Shown: positions 1 through 10,028, counted from the stretch's first letter. The stretch: 64,000 nucleotides of DNA from an uncultured Porticoccus sp. (GCA_947259505.1 CAMYLT010000002.1:328598-392597), one strand, 5' to 3'. Made by a program: numbers and translations. Notes: a model not told the origin generated them from the letters alone.

Positions 1-94
1 CCCCCAGCCCCACAGCCAGCAATAACAATCCGGTGCGCACTCGGTGGCGCAAAAACAGCTGACCGTTAAAGTGCAGTTGATCCCGCAGCAACAT
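1..94 (-). CDS. ABC transporter permease, FtsX/MacB-like (5' end only, runs off the window)
   Basis: Minus-strand ATG at 94 gives MLLRDQLHFNGQLFLRHRVRTGLLLLAVGLG, a basic stretch plus first TM helix typical of FtsX-type permeases. It follows the adaptor and ATPase genes. Confidence 0.5.
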   Translation of the reverse strand, partial: MLLRDQLHFNGQLFLRHRVRTGLLLLAVGLG

Positions 95-770
95 TGTCGT
101 CACCCGTATCAGATTCGATCTGCCCATCCACCATGCGGATTCGCCGCTTGGCACGCTTGCCAAGATTGGCATCGTGGGTCACCACCAGTAGCGTAATGCC
201 CTCACGATTGAGGTTTTCCAACACTTCCACCACCTCGTTACCGGAGGCCTGGTCCAGGTTGCCGGTGGGCTCATCTGCTAACAGAATGCGTGGCTTCATA
301 ACGATTGCCCGGGCAATCGCCACCCGCTGTAACTGTCCACCGGATAGTTGGCCGGGTCGATGCCCGGCCCGGTCTGCCAACCCTACTTGCTCCAACACGG
401 CGAGGGCATTTTGACGGCGCTGTTTCGGCGCAATCCCCCCCAACATCATTGGCAATTCGACGTTTTCCAGCGTGGTGAGTCGGTTGATCAGGTGGAAAGC
501 CTGGAAGATAAAGCCGATATAATCGGCCCGCAGACGTGCTCGCGGCTCTTCACCAAGGGTTTCTGTGGCGACGCCATCAAGGCAGTAGCTGCCGCTGTCC
601 GGGCGATCCAGCAGGCCAATCATATTCAGTAAAGTGGATTTACCTGAGCCGGAAGGCCCCATTACTGACAGGTATTCACCGGCGCCGATGGTCATGTTCA
701 CATCCCGCAAAGCCCGCAGGGGAGCCTCACCCACCAGGTAAGTCTTGTTGACGACACTCAACTCAATCAT
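66..770 (-). CDS. ABC transporter ATP-binding protein (MacB/LolD type)
   Basis: Walker A GPSGSGKST, signature LSGGQLQR, Walker B ILLADEPT, H-loop VVTHD. It overlaps the upstream adaptor gene by 8 nt. Confidence 0.9.
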   Translation of the reverse strand: MIELSVVNKTYLVGEAPLRALRDVNMTIGAGEYLSVMGPSGSGKSTLLNMIGLLDRPDSGSYCLDGVATETLGEEPRARLRADYIGFIFQAFHLINRLTTLENVELPMMLGGIAPKQRRQNALAVLEQVGLADRAGHRPGQLSGGQLQRVAIARAIVMKPRILLADEPTGNLDQASGNEVVEVLENLNREGITLLVVTHDANLGKRAKRRIRMVDGQIESDTGDDNVAAGSTAL

Positions 771-1905
771 CGGCTGATGTGCCTATCCTGACAGGAGCGC
801 CCTCCTCAACACCGGCACTGCCGATATTGCTGACAATCTGCTCTCCTTCCTCCAGTCCTTCGCGCACCTCGGTATAGCGCCAATTGCCCAGCCCCTTGCG
901 GATGGCGCGTCGGCGGAGATAACCGTCTTCATCAACCACCAGTACAAAATTGTCATCCACCACCAGCTCAGAGGGAATGCGCAGGGCAGTCTCAGCGCTG
1001 TCGAGAATGATTTCCATGTCGGCACTGTAGCCAGCCAGCAAATGCACCCCTTCTGGTAATGCGCCCAATTCGGCCTCTACCTCTACGGTGCGCGCCTGTT
1101 TTTCCTGATCGAGGATATAGGGAGAAATTCGTCGTACTGAAGCGGGAAATATCTCGTCCCGGAAGGCATCCAGTGTCACCCGCACCGGCAAACCCAAGGC
1201 AATATCCGAGGCATCCACCTCATCGATGGGGGCACTGATGTAATGGCAGTTGTCCGTCAGCAGATCAATGGCTGGAGGTGTCATCACCCCCGGTGGCGAC
1301 GGCGTGGCGTATTCGCCCACTTCGCCTGTGACCTCTGCTACAGCACCGTCAAAGGGTGCCCTCAGGAAGGTCTGTTCCAGTGTGGCAGCAGCAGCTGAGA
1401 CAGTTGCAGCGGCCTGTGCTTCCCTCGCTTTAGCCGCCTCACAACTGGCGGCGCTGGCTTGTGCTCTTGACCCTGCCAGATCGGCAGACTCTTCTGAAAC
1501 CAGATTCTTCTTGGCCAGATTGGTCAGCCGCCGGGCTTCGCGCAGATCGGATTGCGCAGCGATACAAATGCTCTGCCGTTCACGCTGGGCCGACAACTGG
1601 GATGCTTTGGCTACGTCCAACTGGGCTGCACGGTCCTCGTTCCACAACACCATCAGCAGTTGTCCGGCCTTGACCTGATCGCCTTCTTTCACCAGCAACT
1701 GGTCGATGCGCCCGCCGATGGACAGTGCCAATCGGGAACGCTGGCAGGCTTTGACCGTTCCGGCGCGAGTATTGGCTACGGTGCGTTCCACCAGCCCCCG
1801 TTCAACCGTTGTCACGGTAACGGTCACCGGTTGAGGTCTGGACCAGTAATAGAACAAAGCTGCCAATGTTAAGGCGATTAACAGCGAGACCAACCATTTC
1901 TTCAT
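763..1905 (-). CDS. HlyD-family efflux periplasmic adaptor (MacA-like)
   Basis: N-terminal TM anchor MKKWLVSLLIALTLAALFYYW, a long Ala/Gln-rich coiled-coil middle, and a beta-barrel C-terminus. ATG at 1905 is preceded by GAGGGAG; the ORF track start at 1923 is less likely. Confidence 0.8.
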   Translation of the reverse strand: MKKWLVSLLIALTLAALFYYWSRPQPVTVTVTTVERGLVERTVANTRAGTVKACQRSRLALSIGGRIDQLLVKEGDQVKAGQLLMVLWNEDRAAQLDVAKASQLSAQRERQSICIAAQSDLREARRLTNLAKKNLVSEESADLAGSRAQASAASCEAAKAREAQAAATVSAAAATLEQTFLRAPFDGAVAEVTGEVGEYATPSPPGVMTPPAIDLLTDNCHYISAPIDEVDASDIALGLPVRVTLDAFRDEIFPASVRRISPYILDQEKQARTVEVEAELGALPEGVHLLAGYSADMEIILDSAETALRIPSELVVDDNFVLVVDEDGYLRRRAIRKGLGNWRYTEVREGLEEGEQIVSNIGSAGVEEGAPVRIGTSADD

Positions 1906-2011
1906 CTGGTAAAGCTCCCTCATCAGGTTCCCACTGGGGCTCAGGTTACATCATAGCCGCTCAGTAACAATAGGAGACTTGATCTGGACCATATCACGCT
2001 AACCAGACATT

Positions 2012-2037
2012 AAAAAACGGCCCGCAGGCCGTTTTTT
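2012..2037 (-). terminator. Rho-independent terminator (bidirectional shape)
   Basis: Hairpin acggcc-cgca-ggccgt flanked by an A-run and a T-run, just downstream of the 2061..3701 gene. Confidence 0.6.
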
Positions 2038-2060
2038 GGGTCAACTCATGTAGATAGGCC

Positions 2061-3701
2061 CTAGACGCACTTGGTCGTTGCCGAGGCGTCCATAAAGGGT
2101 CCGTCGACACAGAGCCTTCGCCCATCCGGCGCTGCGCAGGCCCCACAGAGGCCGACACCGCATTTGGTCAGGTAATCAATGGCGCTGTGGATGCGATCAT
2201 CACCACAGAATTCCCGCTCCACGGCAATGGCCGCGTGCACCATCGGTGCTGGCCCACAGTTATAGAACATCAGCTTGCTGCGTTCTGCCTCGGAAAGCTC
2301 CTGCAGGTAATCTCGCAGCAGCTCGGTGACGAAGCCATGGTGGCCTTCACTGCCATCGTCGGTGGCGATATGCACCGGCGCAATTTTTTTGCATTCTTCA
2401 ATAAAGTAAAGTCGCTCCGCAGTGCGCGCCCCGGTGAAGATTTCCGTGTTGGGAAAATCCCGGGCCAGCTGGTACACCGCCGCCAGACCGGTACCACCGC
2501 TGACAGTGATGATTTTCGCACCCTCCGGCGGAGACACAGGGATCCCATGAGGACCGCGCACATAAGCTTCGGTACCCGGCTGAAGAGCCATCAGATCGTG
2601 GGTGAAGATGCCCACATCGATCACCGCCAGGGAGAACGGGTCATCAGTGAGCGCCGAGAATGGCTTCTCCCCCAGTCCCGGAATCCACAGAAAAACAAAC
2701 TCACCGGCCTTTAAGTTGATCTTGCGGTCAAAAGTAAGAATGCAGATGTCATTGCAGACCCGCTCGTTGGACACCAGGGTCACCGGCTGGAACTGCATAT
2801 CCACATCGTAGCGAATCTGGCTCTCAGCACTGTTAGTGCCCTGCTCCATATCCGCCTGCAGAGTTTTGAAATATTGGCCCATCTCGTCGGTTGTCAGACC
2901 AACCAAAGAAGAACCCACACCCACCACTGTGGCACCCGCATCCTGATAGGCGCGCACATCGTCGGCACTGCTGACGCCACCGCAACCGATGATCGGACAA
3001 TCCACTGCCTCAGCCACTTCGCGCACGCATTTCAAGCCGATGGGCAGCACGCCCTTGCCGGACATACCGCCGACACCGTTGCTCAGCACCGGATGGCCGT
3101 GGGCAGAGGTGTAGCCAGGACCCAGAGTATTGATGGCGCAGAGGCCGTCGGCGCCACCGGCCTCTGCGGCTCTGGCGATCTCGGCGATGTTCGACGTATT
3201 GGGGGTCAGCTTGGGAATTACCGGAATATTCACCACCGCTTTCACCGCCGCCGTAATTTCACGCACCAGTTCCGGGTCCTGACCCATGGCCATACCGTAA
3301 CCCTTAGCGTGGGGGCAGGACAGGTTCAGCTCCAGGCCATCCGATACCGGCGCCATGATCTTTGCCACCTCGACAAATTCCTCGACGCTGCCGCCGAAAA
3401 TGGAGGTGAGCAGAAAGCGGTCCTCCGGCACCCGCAGGGTTGCCAACTGGGCGGCCAACTGTTCCGCTCCGGGGTTGGTCAGGCCCACCGCGTTGACGAA
3501 ACAACCGGGGGCATACTGGCTGATCACCGGCTCACGGTAGCCTGCACGAGGAGCCAGACCGACGCTTTTAGTGGTCATCACCCCCACTTCCGGCATGGTG
3601 TCAAAGATGCGCTGGATAATGGAGGTCGCGGTGGTGACGATTCCCGAAGGAATGGTGAGCGGCGAGGTAATCTGCTTGGTAAAAAACGGTATTTTCGACA
3701 T
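2061..3701 (-). CDS. Fusion protein: class-1B-type dihydroorotate dehydrogenase catalytic domain plus PyrK-like FAD/NAD/2Fe-2S electron-transfer domain
   Basis: The N-terminal ~300 aa has a DHOD/DHPD TIM-barrel pattern (GLTNPG, LELNLSCPH, GGMSG, IGCGGV). The C-terminal ~240 aa is ferredoxin-reductase-like (GGTGLA) and ends in the Cys cluster CGVGLCGAC...C. Confidence 0.7.
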   Translation of the reverse strand: MSKIPFFTKQITSPLTIPSGIVTTATSIIQRIFDTMPEVGVMTTKSVGLAPRAGYREPVISQYAPGCFVNAVGLTNPGAEQLAAQLATLRVPEDRFLLTSIFGGSVEEFVEVAKIMAPVSDGLELNLSCPHAKGYGMAMGQDPELVREITAAVKAVVNIPVIPKLTPNTSNIAEIARAAEAGGADGLCAINTLGPGYTSAHGHPVLSNGVGGMSGKGVLPIGLKCVREVAEAVDCPIIGCGGVSSADDVRAYQDAGATVVGVGSSLVGLTTDEMGQYFKTLQADMEQGTNSAESQIRYDVDMQFQPVTLVSNERVCNDICILTFDRKINLKAGEFVFLWIPGLGEKPFSALTDDPFSLAVIDVGIFTHDLMALQPGTEAYVRGPHGIPVSPPEGAKIITVSGGTGLAAVYQLARDFPNTEIFTGARTAERLYFIEECKKIAPVHIATDDGSEGHHGFVTELLRDYLQELSEAERSKLMFYNCGPAPMVHAAIAVEREFCGDDRIHSAIDYLTKCGVGLCGACAAPDGRRLCVDGPFMDASATTKCV

Positions 3702-3792
3702 CGAAGGGGATCTGATCTAAACGGTTGGATGGTTAAGGTGCGAAGGATAAACGTCTGAGGGGGTTAAATCCACTGAGTTCAATAGCCGTTGT

Positions 3793-4425
3793 TTACACCC
3801 CCTGTTTACGAGACATGTCGACTAAATTATTAGTCAACCCTTGTACGGCGTCATGAAACCTCTTAAGCCCCTCGACAGTAATTGTGATCCTATCGTTGCT
3901 CGCTTTGTAGAAGTTAGGTCTAGACTTGAGCAGGCCTTCTAACCCTTCTCGATCTTGTGATAGGGAAATGCGGCCAGCAATGTGGAGCATTGAGTTTCGT
4001 ACAACTTGTGCCTCTCTTATAAATTGATAATCTTGTGAGCTGGATAACTCTTCTCCCAACACGGACTTGATGTAAGGCTTAAATTTCAAGATACCCGATT
4101 TATTTTTCGCCAACGCAATTTCATAAGGGTTAAAGCTCTTTGACAAGAGATAAAGCACCTCCTCTAGATGGCCAAACATTAAAAGAAAAGTTGTTTCTCT
4201 CAACTTTTTTGGAAAATGCTCCTGATAGTTGAGCCTCCAATATTCCTTGTTTCCCTTGTCTAGACCCTCATCTAACTCAATTTCACGAGCCTTTTCTCCA
4301 AGTGCCTTTTTCAGATAATCATGAAATTGAGCCTGAAGCCCCAAATTTGCATCCATAGTCCACTTAAAAAATTGATCATGATCATTCACAGACGGCCCAC
4401 CAAATTCGCATTTTGGTTTATACAA
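3793..4425 (-). CDS. Hypothetical protein with a HEPN-type RNxxxH motif (candidate RNase)
   Basis: AT-rich ORF (one sampled 60-nt line is 37% G+C) containing VVRNSMLHIAG, which fits Rx4H with Asn after the Arg. TTG start at 4425 sits behind GAGGA; an alternative ATG is at 4356. Confidence 0.5.
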   Translation of the reverse strand: MYKPKCEFGGPSVNDHDQFFKWTMDANLGLQAQFHDYLKKALGEKAREIELDEGLDKGNKEYWRLNYQEHFPKKLRETTFLLMFGHLEEVLYLLSKSFNPYEIALAKNKSGILKFKPYIKSVLGEELSSSQDYQFIREAQVVRNSMLHIAGRISLSQDREGLEGLLKSRPNFYKASNDRITITVEGLKRFHDAVQGLTNNLVDMSRKQGV

Positions 4426-4490
4426 GCGATCCTCAGGGAATTGATAAATAAAGGCACATTCGATTCTTTTCGAAAACCAGAATATCTGGG

Positions 4491-5102
4491 CTATTCCAAC
4501 GGCCCCGAGTGAAACCGAAATTCACTGTCCGGCGCTTCCACCAGTTGCTGTTCCTGCTCGCGGAACACGACGATGCGCTTTTCCACTTCCTCCGCACCAC
4601 CCGCCTTGCGCGCCAAATTCAGATAGTCGCGGTAGTGACGGCCTTCGGAGGTGAGCAATGACAGGTAGAATTTCTGCAATTCCGGGTCGAGGTGCGGCGC
4701 CAGCTTGGCGAAACGCTCGCAGGAGCGGGCTTCGATAAAGGCGCCAACGATTAGGGTGTCCACCAGTTTGGCGGGTTCATGGGTGCGCACTTTACTTCTC
4801 AATCCCGCCGCATAGCGGGCGGCACTGATATTGCTGTATTCGATGCCGCGCTGTTTCATGATGGCGATTACCTGCTCGAAGTGACGCATCTCCTCACGCG
4901 CCAGTCGTGACATCTTGTTGAGCAGCTCGAAGTTGTCGATATAGCGATAGATCAGGTTCAGCGCCGTGCTAGCGGCCTTCTTCTCGCAGTTAGCATGGTC
5001 TATCAGCAACAGGTCCTTATTTTCCAGTTTTATTGCCACCTCAACCCATTGGTCGGGTGTGGGACAGGGCAAAAAAGCCTGGATTTCCTCCAGTACAGAC
5101 AT
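4491..5102 (-). CDS. miaE: tRNA-(ms2io6A)-hydroxylase
   Basis: Length is about 200 aa. The block LLLIDHANCEKKAASTALNLIYRY and ferritin-like E..H repeats (REEMRHFE, TSEGRHY) match my memory of MiaE. Confidence 0.8.
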   Translation of the reverse strand: MSVLEEIQAFLPCPTPDQWVEVAIKLENKDLLLIDHANCEKKAASTALNLIYRYIDNFELLNKMSRLAREEMRHFEQVIAIMKQRGIEYSNISAARYAAGLRSKVRTHEPAKLVDTLIVGAFIEARSCERFAKLAPHLDPELQKFYLSLLTSEGRHYRDYLNLARKAGGAEEVEKRIVVFREQEQQLVEAPDSEFRFHSGPLE

Positions 5103-5110
5103 CGGGGCGA

Positions 5111-5767
5111 CTACTCTCCGCTTTGCTTGCTGAAAAAGGACTGTCGCTCATCGGCGATGGTACTGTCCAGCTGGTGCACGATGGGCCTGCTGGCGACGGT
5201 TTCACGCCAACCCCTTAAACCGGGCACTTCGTCCATCACGTTCCAGCCGTAGACCACCTGCATGGTACGCTCCACCGCGCCAAAGGTGTGGTAGGCGACG
5301 ATATCGGCATAACTGAATTCCTTACCTGCCAAGTAAGGATTGAAGTGCGCCAACTTTGCCAGTGCTTTCAAACCCCTTTCGACCAGGGGCCTCACTTCGT
5401 CGATGGTCTGCTGGGAATTATTGCCACCGTAGAACACACCGTTGTAGAGGCGCCGCGAAGGCAATTCGATGTAAAGTTCGCAGACTTTCATCAGCTCACG
5501 CACCTTGGCCCGGGCAAACGGGTCGGCAGGCAGCAACGGCACCTCCGGGATGACATCTTCGAGGAATTCCAGGATAACGGATGTCTCGGTGAGGCAGCCT
5601 TCTCTCGCTTCGAGACAAGGAACCTTCCCCATGGGGCTCATGTTGAGAAACTGTGGCTCCTGACTGGGATAAGTGCGAATTTCTTCAAATTCAAAGCCCT
5701 TTTCCAGCAAGGCCAGTTTGACCATGTTGAAGTAGTTACTGACATGAAATCCGTAGAGCTTGAGCAT
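5111..5767 (-). CDS. Glutathione S-transferase family protein
   Basis: MLKLYGFHVSNYFNMVKLALLEKG thioredoxin-like N-domain followed by a helical C-domain. ATG at 5767; the longer ORF-track start adds a non-GST leader. Confidence 0.8.
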   Translation of the reverse strand: MLKLYGFHVSNYFNMVKLALLEKGFEFEEIRTYPSQEPQFLNMSPMGKVPCLEAREGCLTETSVILEFLEDVIPEVPLLPADPFARAKVRELMKVCELYIELPSRRLYNGVFYGGNNSQQTIDEVRPLVERGLKALAKLAHFNPYLAGKEFSYADIVAYHTFGAVERTMQVVYGWNVMDEVPGLRGWRETVASRPIVHQLDSTIADERQSFFSKQSGE

Positions 5768-6020
5768 GGTGGTTCCCCTTCTGAAATCCACGCCAGACCT
5801 GATTATTGTGCACCAAAGTGTAACAGAGAATTTACCAGATGAATGACGGTTATCCACTTTAGTCACGTTACTCTGGGGGGGGAATTGATGTACTATACTG
5901 TGCCCTTGCGCCCGTGGCCCCAGTGGTCCAGCAGCCGAATAACCCCATCGGTAATGTGTTACCGATAGACCCCGACCGGTGGTGATCCCCCCGTGCCGGG
6001 TAAATCCACAAGATAAGAGG

Positions 6021-8639
6021 ATGCAAATCGTGCTTGAAGCCTATCGCCAACATGTAGCGGAACGTGCCGCACAAGGAATCCCCCCGAAACCCCTGTCCCC
6101 CGAGTGGACTGCCGAACTGGTGGAACTGTTGAAAAACCCACCCGCCGGTGAAGAAGAATTTCTGCTGGACCTGATTGCCAATCGCGTCCCGCCGGGAGTG
6201 GACGAAGCCGCTTATGTTAAAGCCGGTTTCCTCAGCGCCGTTGCCAAAGGCGAAGTGGCCTGCCCGCTGATCGATCAGCTCAACGCGGTGAAACTGCTGG
6301 GCAACATGCACGGTGGCTATAACGTGGCCACACTGGTCGAACTGCTCGACAGTGCAGAACTGAGTGCCCAGTGTGCTGAAGAACTGAAAAGCACTACCCT
6401 CGTATTCGACGCCTTCCACGATGTGGCGGAAAAAGCCGATGCGGGCAACGCCAACGCTAAAGCCGTTATGCAATCCTGGGCCGATGCAGAGTGGTTCACC
6501 AAGCAGGATGCTGTTCCAGAAAGCATCAAGGCCATCGTTTTCAAGGTGACCGGTGAAACGAACACCGATGATCTTTCCCCTGCGCCCGATGCTTGGTCAC
6601 GCCCTGACATCCCGCTGCATGCCCTGGCGGCCTACAAAATGCAACGCGATGGTCTGACGCCTGACGAGCCCGGCAAAATCGGCCCGATGAAACAGATCGA
6701 GGACATCAAGGCCAAAGGCCTGCCAGTCGCCTTCGTCGGTGACGTTGTCGGCACCGGCTCCTCACGCAAATCTGCCACCAACTCGGTACTGTGGTTCTTC
6801 GGTGAAGACATGCCCGGCGTACCAAACAAGCGCTCCGGCGGCATCTGTATTGGTAGCAAAGTAGCCCCCATCTTCTTCAACACCATGGAAGACGCTGGCG
6901 CACTGGTATTTGAAGCACCTGTCGACGAAATCAACATGGGCGACGTGATTGAAATCCGCCCCTATGATGGAAAAATTCTCAGCGAATCCGGCGCAGTATT
7001 GTCCGAGTTTGAATTCAAATCCGACGTTATTCTCGATGAAGTACGCGCCGATGGCCGTATCAACCTGATCGTTGGTCGCGGCCTGACCCAACGTGCCCGC
7101 GAGCACCTCGGTCTGCCCGCTTCTGACCTGTTCCGCCTGCCAGCTCAACCGGTTGACACAGGCAAAGGTTATACCTTGGCTCAGAAGATGGTCGGCAAGG
7201 CATGTGGCGTTGCGGGCGTACGCCCCGGTACCTACTGCGAACCACAAATGACCACTGTCGGCTCCCAGGACACCACTGGCCCGATGACCCGCGACGAGCT
7301 GAAAGATCTGGCTTGTCTGGGCTTCTCTGCAGACCTGGTCATGCAGTCTTTCTGTCACACCGCCGCTTATCCCAAGCCGGTGGATATCGACACCCAGCAC
7401 ACCCTGCCCGATTTCATCATGAACCGCGGCGGCGTCGCCCTGCGTCCTGGTGACGGCATTATCCACAGCTGGCTGAACCGCATGCTGTTGCCCGACACCG
7501 TCGGCACCGGTGGCGACTCACACACCCGCTTCCCGATGGGTATTTCTTTCCCCGGCGGTTCCGGTCTGGTGGCCTTCGCCGCTGCTACCGGAGTGATGCC
7601 GCTGGATATGCCGGAATCCGTACTGGTCCGCTTCAAAGGTAAAATGAAGCCAGGGATTACACTGCGCGATCTGGTACATGCGATTCCTTACTATGGCATC
7701 AAGCAGGGCCTGCTGACCGTAGAGAAAAAAGGCAAGAAGAACTTCTTCTCTGGCCGCGTTCTGGAAATCGAAGGCCTCAACGAGCTGACTGTTGAACAGG
7801 CATTTGAGTTGTCCGATGCCTCTGCCGAGCGCTCTGCCGCCGGTTGTACCATCAAACTCAGCGAAGCCTCTGTGGCCGAATACCTGAACTCCAACATCAC
7901 CCTGCTGCGCTGGATGATCTCTGAAGGTTACGGTGACGTTCGCACACTGGAACGCCGCGTGCGCAAGATGGAAGAGTGGCTGGCCAATCCATCCCTGATG
8001 GAAGCCGATGCCGACGCCGAGTACGCTGCCGTGGTCGAAATCGACCTGAACGATATCAACGAGCCTATTGTTTGCTGCCCGAATGACCCTGATGACGCCA
8101 GACTGTTGTCTGACGTGGCTGGCGACAAGGTCGATGAAGTATTCATCGGTTCCTGTATGACCAACATCGGTCACTTCCGTGCTGCTGGCAAGCTGCTCAA
8201 CGAGGCGACCAGCATCAACACTCGCTTCTGGATCTGCCCGCCAACCCGTATGGACGCCCACACTCTGATGGAAGAGGGCTACTACAACATTTACGGCAAG
8301 GTCGGTGCTCGCACCGAAATGCCCGGTTGTTCTCTGTGTATGGGTAACCAGGCACGAGTGAATTCCGGCACCACCGTACTGTCCACTTCCACCCGGAACT
8401 TCCCCAACCGCCTCGGCGATGGTGCCAATGTGTACCTGACTTCCGCAGAGCTGGCCTCTGTGGGCGGTATTCTGGGACGCCTGCCAACCCCTGCGGAATA
8501 TATGGAATACGCGAGCAAACTCGATTCCATGTCTAGCGAGATTTATCGCTACATGAACTTCGATCAAATCGCCTCTTACCAGAAAGCCGCCGATGAGGGC
8601 AAATTGATCGCCGCTGCACAGATCGTCGATGTCGCCTGA
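6021..8639 (+). CDS. acnB: Bifunctional aconitate hydratase 2 / 2-methylisocitrate dehydratase
   Basis: MQIVLEAYRQHVAERAAQGIPPKPL N-terminus, about 870 aa, and Fe-S ligand regions (GSCMTN, CSLCMGNQARV) typical of AcnB. Confidence 0.95.
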   Translation: MQIVLEAYRQHVAERAAQGIPPKPLSPEWTAELVELLKNPPAGEEEFLLDLIANRVPPGVDEAAYVKAGFLSAVAKGEVACPLIDQLNAVKLLGNMHGGYNVATLVELLDSAELSAQCAEELKSTTLVFDAFHDVAEKADAGNANAKAVMQSWADAEWFTKQDAVPESIKAIVFKVTGETNTDDLSPAPDAWSRPDIPLHALAAYKMQRDGLTPDEPGKIGPMKQIEDIKAKGLPVAFVGDVVGTGSSRKSATNSVLWFFGEDMPGVPNKRSGGICIGSKVAPIFFNTMEDAGALVFEAPVDEINMGDVIEIRPYDGKILSESGAVLSEFEFKSDVILDEVRADGRINLIVGRGLTQRAREHLGLPASDLFRLPAQPVDTGKGYTLAQKMVGKACGVAGVRPGTYCEPQMTTVGSQDTTGPMTRDELKDLACLGFSADLVMQSFCHTAAYPKPVDIDTQHTLPDFIMNRGGVALRPGDGIIHSWLNRMLLPDTVGTGGDSHTRFPMGISFPGGSGLVAFAAATGVMPLDMPESVLVRFKGKMKPGITLRDLVHAIPYYGIKQGLLTVEKKGKKNFFSGRVLEIEGLNELTVEQAFELSDASAERSAAGCTIKLSEASVAEYLNSNITLLRWMISEGYGDVRTLERRVRKMEEWLANPSLMEADADAEYAAVVEIDLNDINEPIVCCPNDPDDARLLSDVAGDKVDEVFIGSCMTNIGHFRAAGKLLNEATSINTRFWICPPTRMDAHTLMEEGYYNIYGKVGARTEMPGCSLCMGNQARVNSGTTVLSTSTRNFPNRLGDGANVYLTSAELASVGGILGRLPTPAEYMEYASKLDSMSSEIYRYMNFDQIASYQKAADEGKLIAAAQIVDVA

Positions 8640-8660
8640 TCAGCTGGTGTGAAGTCCATA

Positions 8661-8690
8661 AAAAAGCCCTTGCAATAGCGGGGCTTTTTT
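8661..8690 (+). terminator. Rho-independent terminator after acnB
   Basis: aaaaagccc / gggcttttt stem followed by a T-run. Confidence 0.6.
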
Positions 8691-8807
8691 ATGCCTGGCA
8701 TCAGGCACCTGAAGTAAGCGGGGCGTTTTAGGTTGCCTATTCTAATTGCCTATGCATAAACTGGTTCCGAACTGTCAGTAACATGCTGATCTCGACAGGT
8801 GACCTAT

Positions 8808-10028
8808 ATGCAATACCATTTTTACGATTTGTACCGCCAGTCCCTCACGCCACTCAACACCGCGCTTGACCTGGCACACGATATTGTTACCCACGAGAAA
8901 AACCCCCTCTCCAAAACCCGTCTCGGACGTGTACGCAAGGCCTTTCTCGAATCCAGCATCCGCCTTCTGAAGCATTACCCCAAGCAGGGCTTTCAATACG
9001 AGCCTGTGGTCATTGATGACGTAGAGTATGCCGTCCACGAAGATATCGTCGTAGACAAACCCTTCTGTCACTTACTGCATTTCCGCCGCGAAGGTCTGCC
9101 GGCCGATGCACCGAAAATGCTCTGTGTTGCTGCCCTTTCCGGCCACCACGCCACACTCTCACGGGAGACCTTCAGGGAGTTTCTGGACACCTACGAGGTG
9201 TACGTTACCGACTGGCTTGATGCCCGCGACGTACCCCTCACAGAAGGCAAATTTGGCTTCGAGGAGTATGTCGAATACCTGATCGAATTCATGGAGTTCA
9301 TGGGTCCCGGCAGTCATATGTTTGCCATCTGTCAGGCTGCCGTGCCCGGCTTAACGGCTGTCGCTCATATGAGCAAACATGATAACCCCGCCAGGCCAAA
9401 ATCCCTGACAATGATGGCTGGTCCCATTGACATACGCGTCAATCCCAACGAATTCACCAAAAAAGTAGACAAGATGTCTGCCAAAGCCCTGAAGCGAGTG
9501 CTCATACACAAAGTTCCCACCCGCTACCCCGGTGCTGGCAGAAAGGTTTATCCCGGCATGCTACAACTGGGTGGTTTCATGTCGATGAACATCAAATCTC
9601 ATATCCAGAAACACATGCAGTTCTTTAAAGATATCGCCCATGGCAATATCGAAGATGCTGACCGTCATCGTGATTTTTACGATGAATACATGGCCGTACT
9701 GGACATGGACGCCGATTACTATATGGAGACCATGGAGCGTATCTTTCTCGACCAGAAATTACCCAAGGGAACCATGACATTCCGAGGTGAACCCGTCAGC
9801 TGTAGCGATATCAAGGACGTTGCCATCTTCACACTTGAGGGTGAAAAAGATGACATGATCAGCCTTGGCCAGACGGAAGCAGCTCTGAACCTGTGCGACA
9901 AACTGCCGAAAAAGCTCAAGAAGCACCATGTGCAACTGGACGTAGGACACTATGGTATTTTTAATGGCAGCAAATACCGAAAATACGTGGCACCGCTGAT
10001 CAAAGACTGGATTGACACCCATAATTGA
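8808..10028 (+). CDS. phaZ: Intracellular polyhydroxyalkanoate (PHB) depolymerase
   Basis: About 400 aa, starting MQYHFYDLYRQSLTPLN. Overall pattern matches the PhaZ intracellular depolymerase family. ATG at 8808 is preceded by AGGTGA. Confidence 0.75.
   Translation: MQYHFYDLYRQSLTPLNTALDLAHDIVTHEKNPLSKTRLGRVRKAFLESSIRLLKHYPKQGFQYEPVVIDDVEYAVHEDIVVDKPFCHLLHFRREGLPADAPKMLCVAALSGHHATLSRETFREFLDTYEVYVTDWLDARDVPLTEGKFGFEEYVEYLIEFMEFMGPGSHMFAICQAAVPGLTAVAHMSKHDNPARPKSLTMMAGPIDIRVNPNEFTKKVDKMSAKALKRVLIHKVPTRYPGAGRKVYPGMLQLGGFMSMNIKSHIQKHMQFFKDIAHGNIEDADRHRDFYDEYMAVLDMDADYYMETMERIFLDQKLPKGTMTFRGEPVSCSDIKDVAIFTLEGEKDDMISLGQTEAALNLCDKLPKKLKKHHVQLDVGHYGIFNGSKYRKYVAPLIKDWIDTHN

Noticed and set aside
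7518-8567. 349-aa ORF (and 6762..7466, 6632..6937, 5868..6473) overlapping acnB on the opposite strand
   Set aside because: acnB is unambiguous here. The antisense ORFs are rich in Arg/Gly/His/Val and carry no motifs, which is typical of shadow ORFs in GC-rich DNA.
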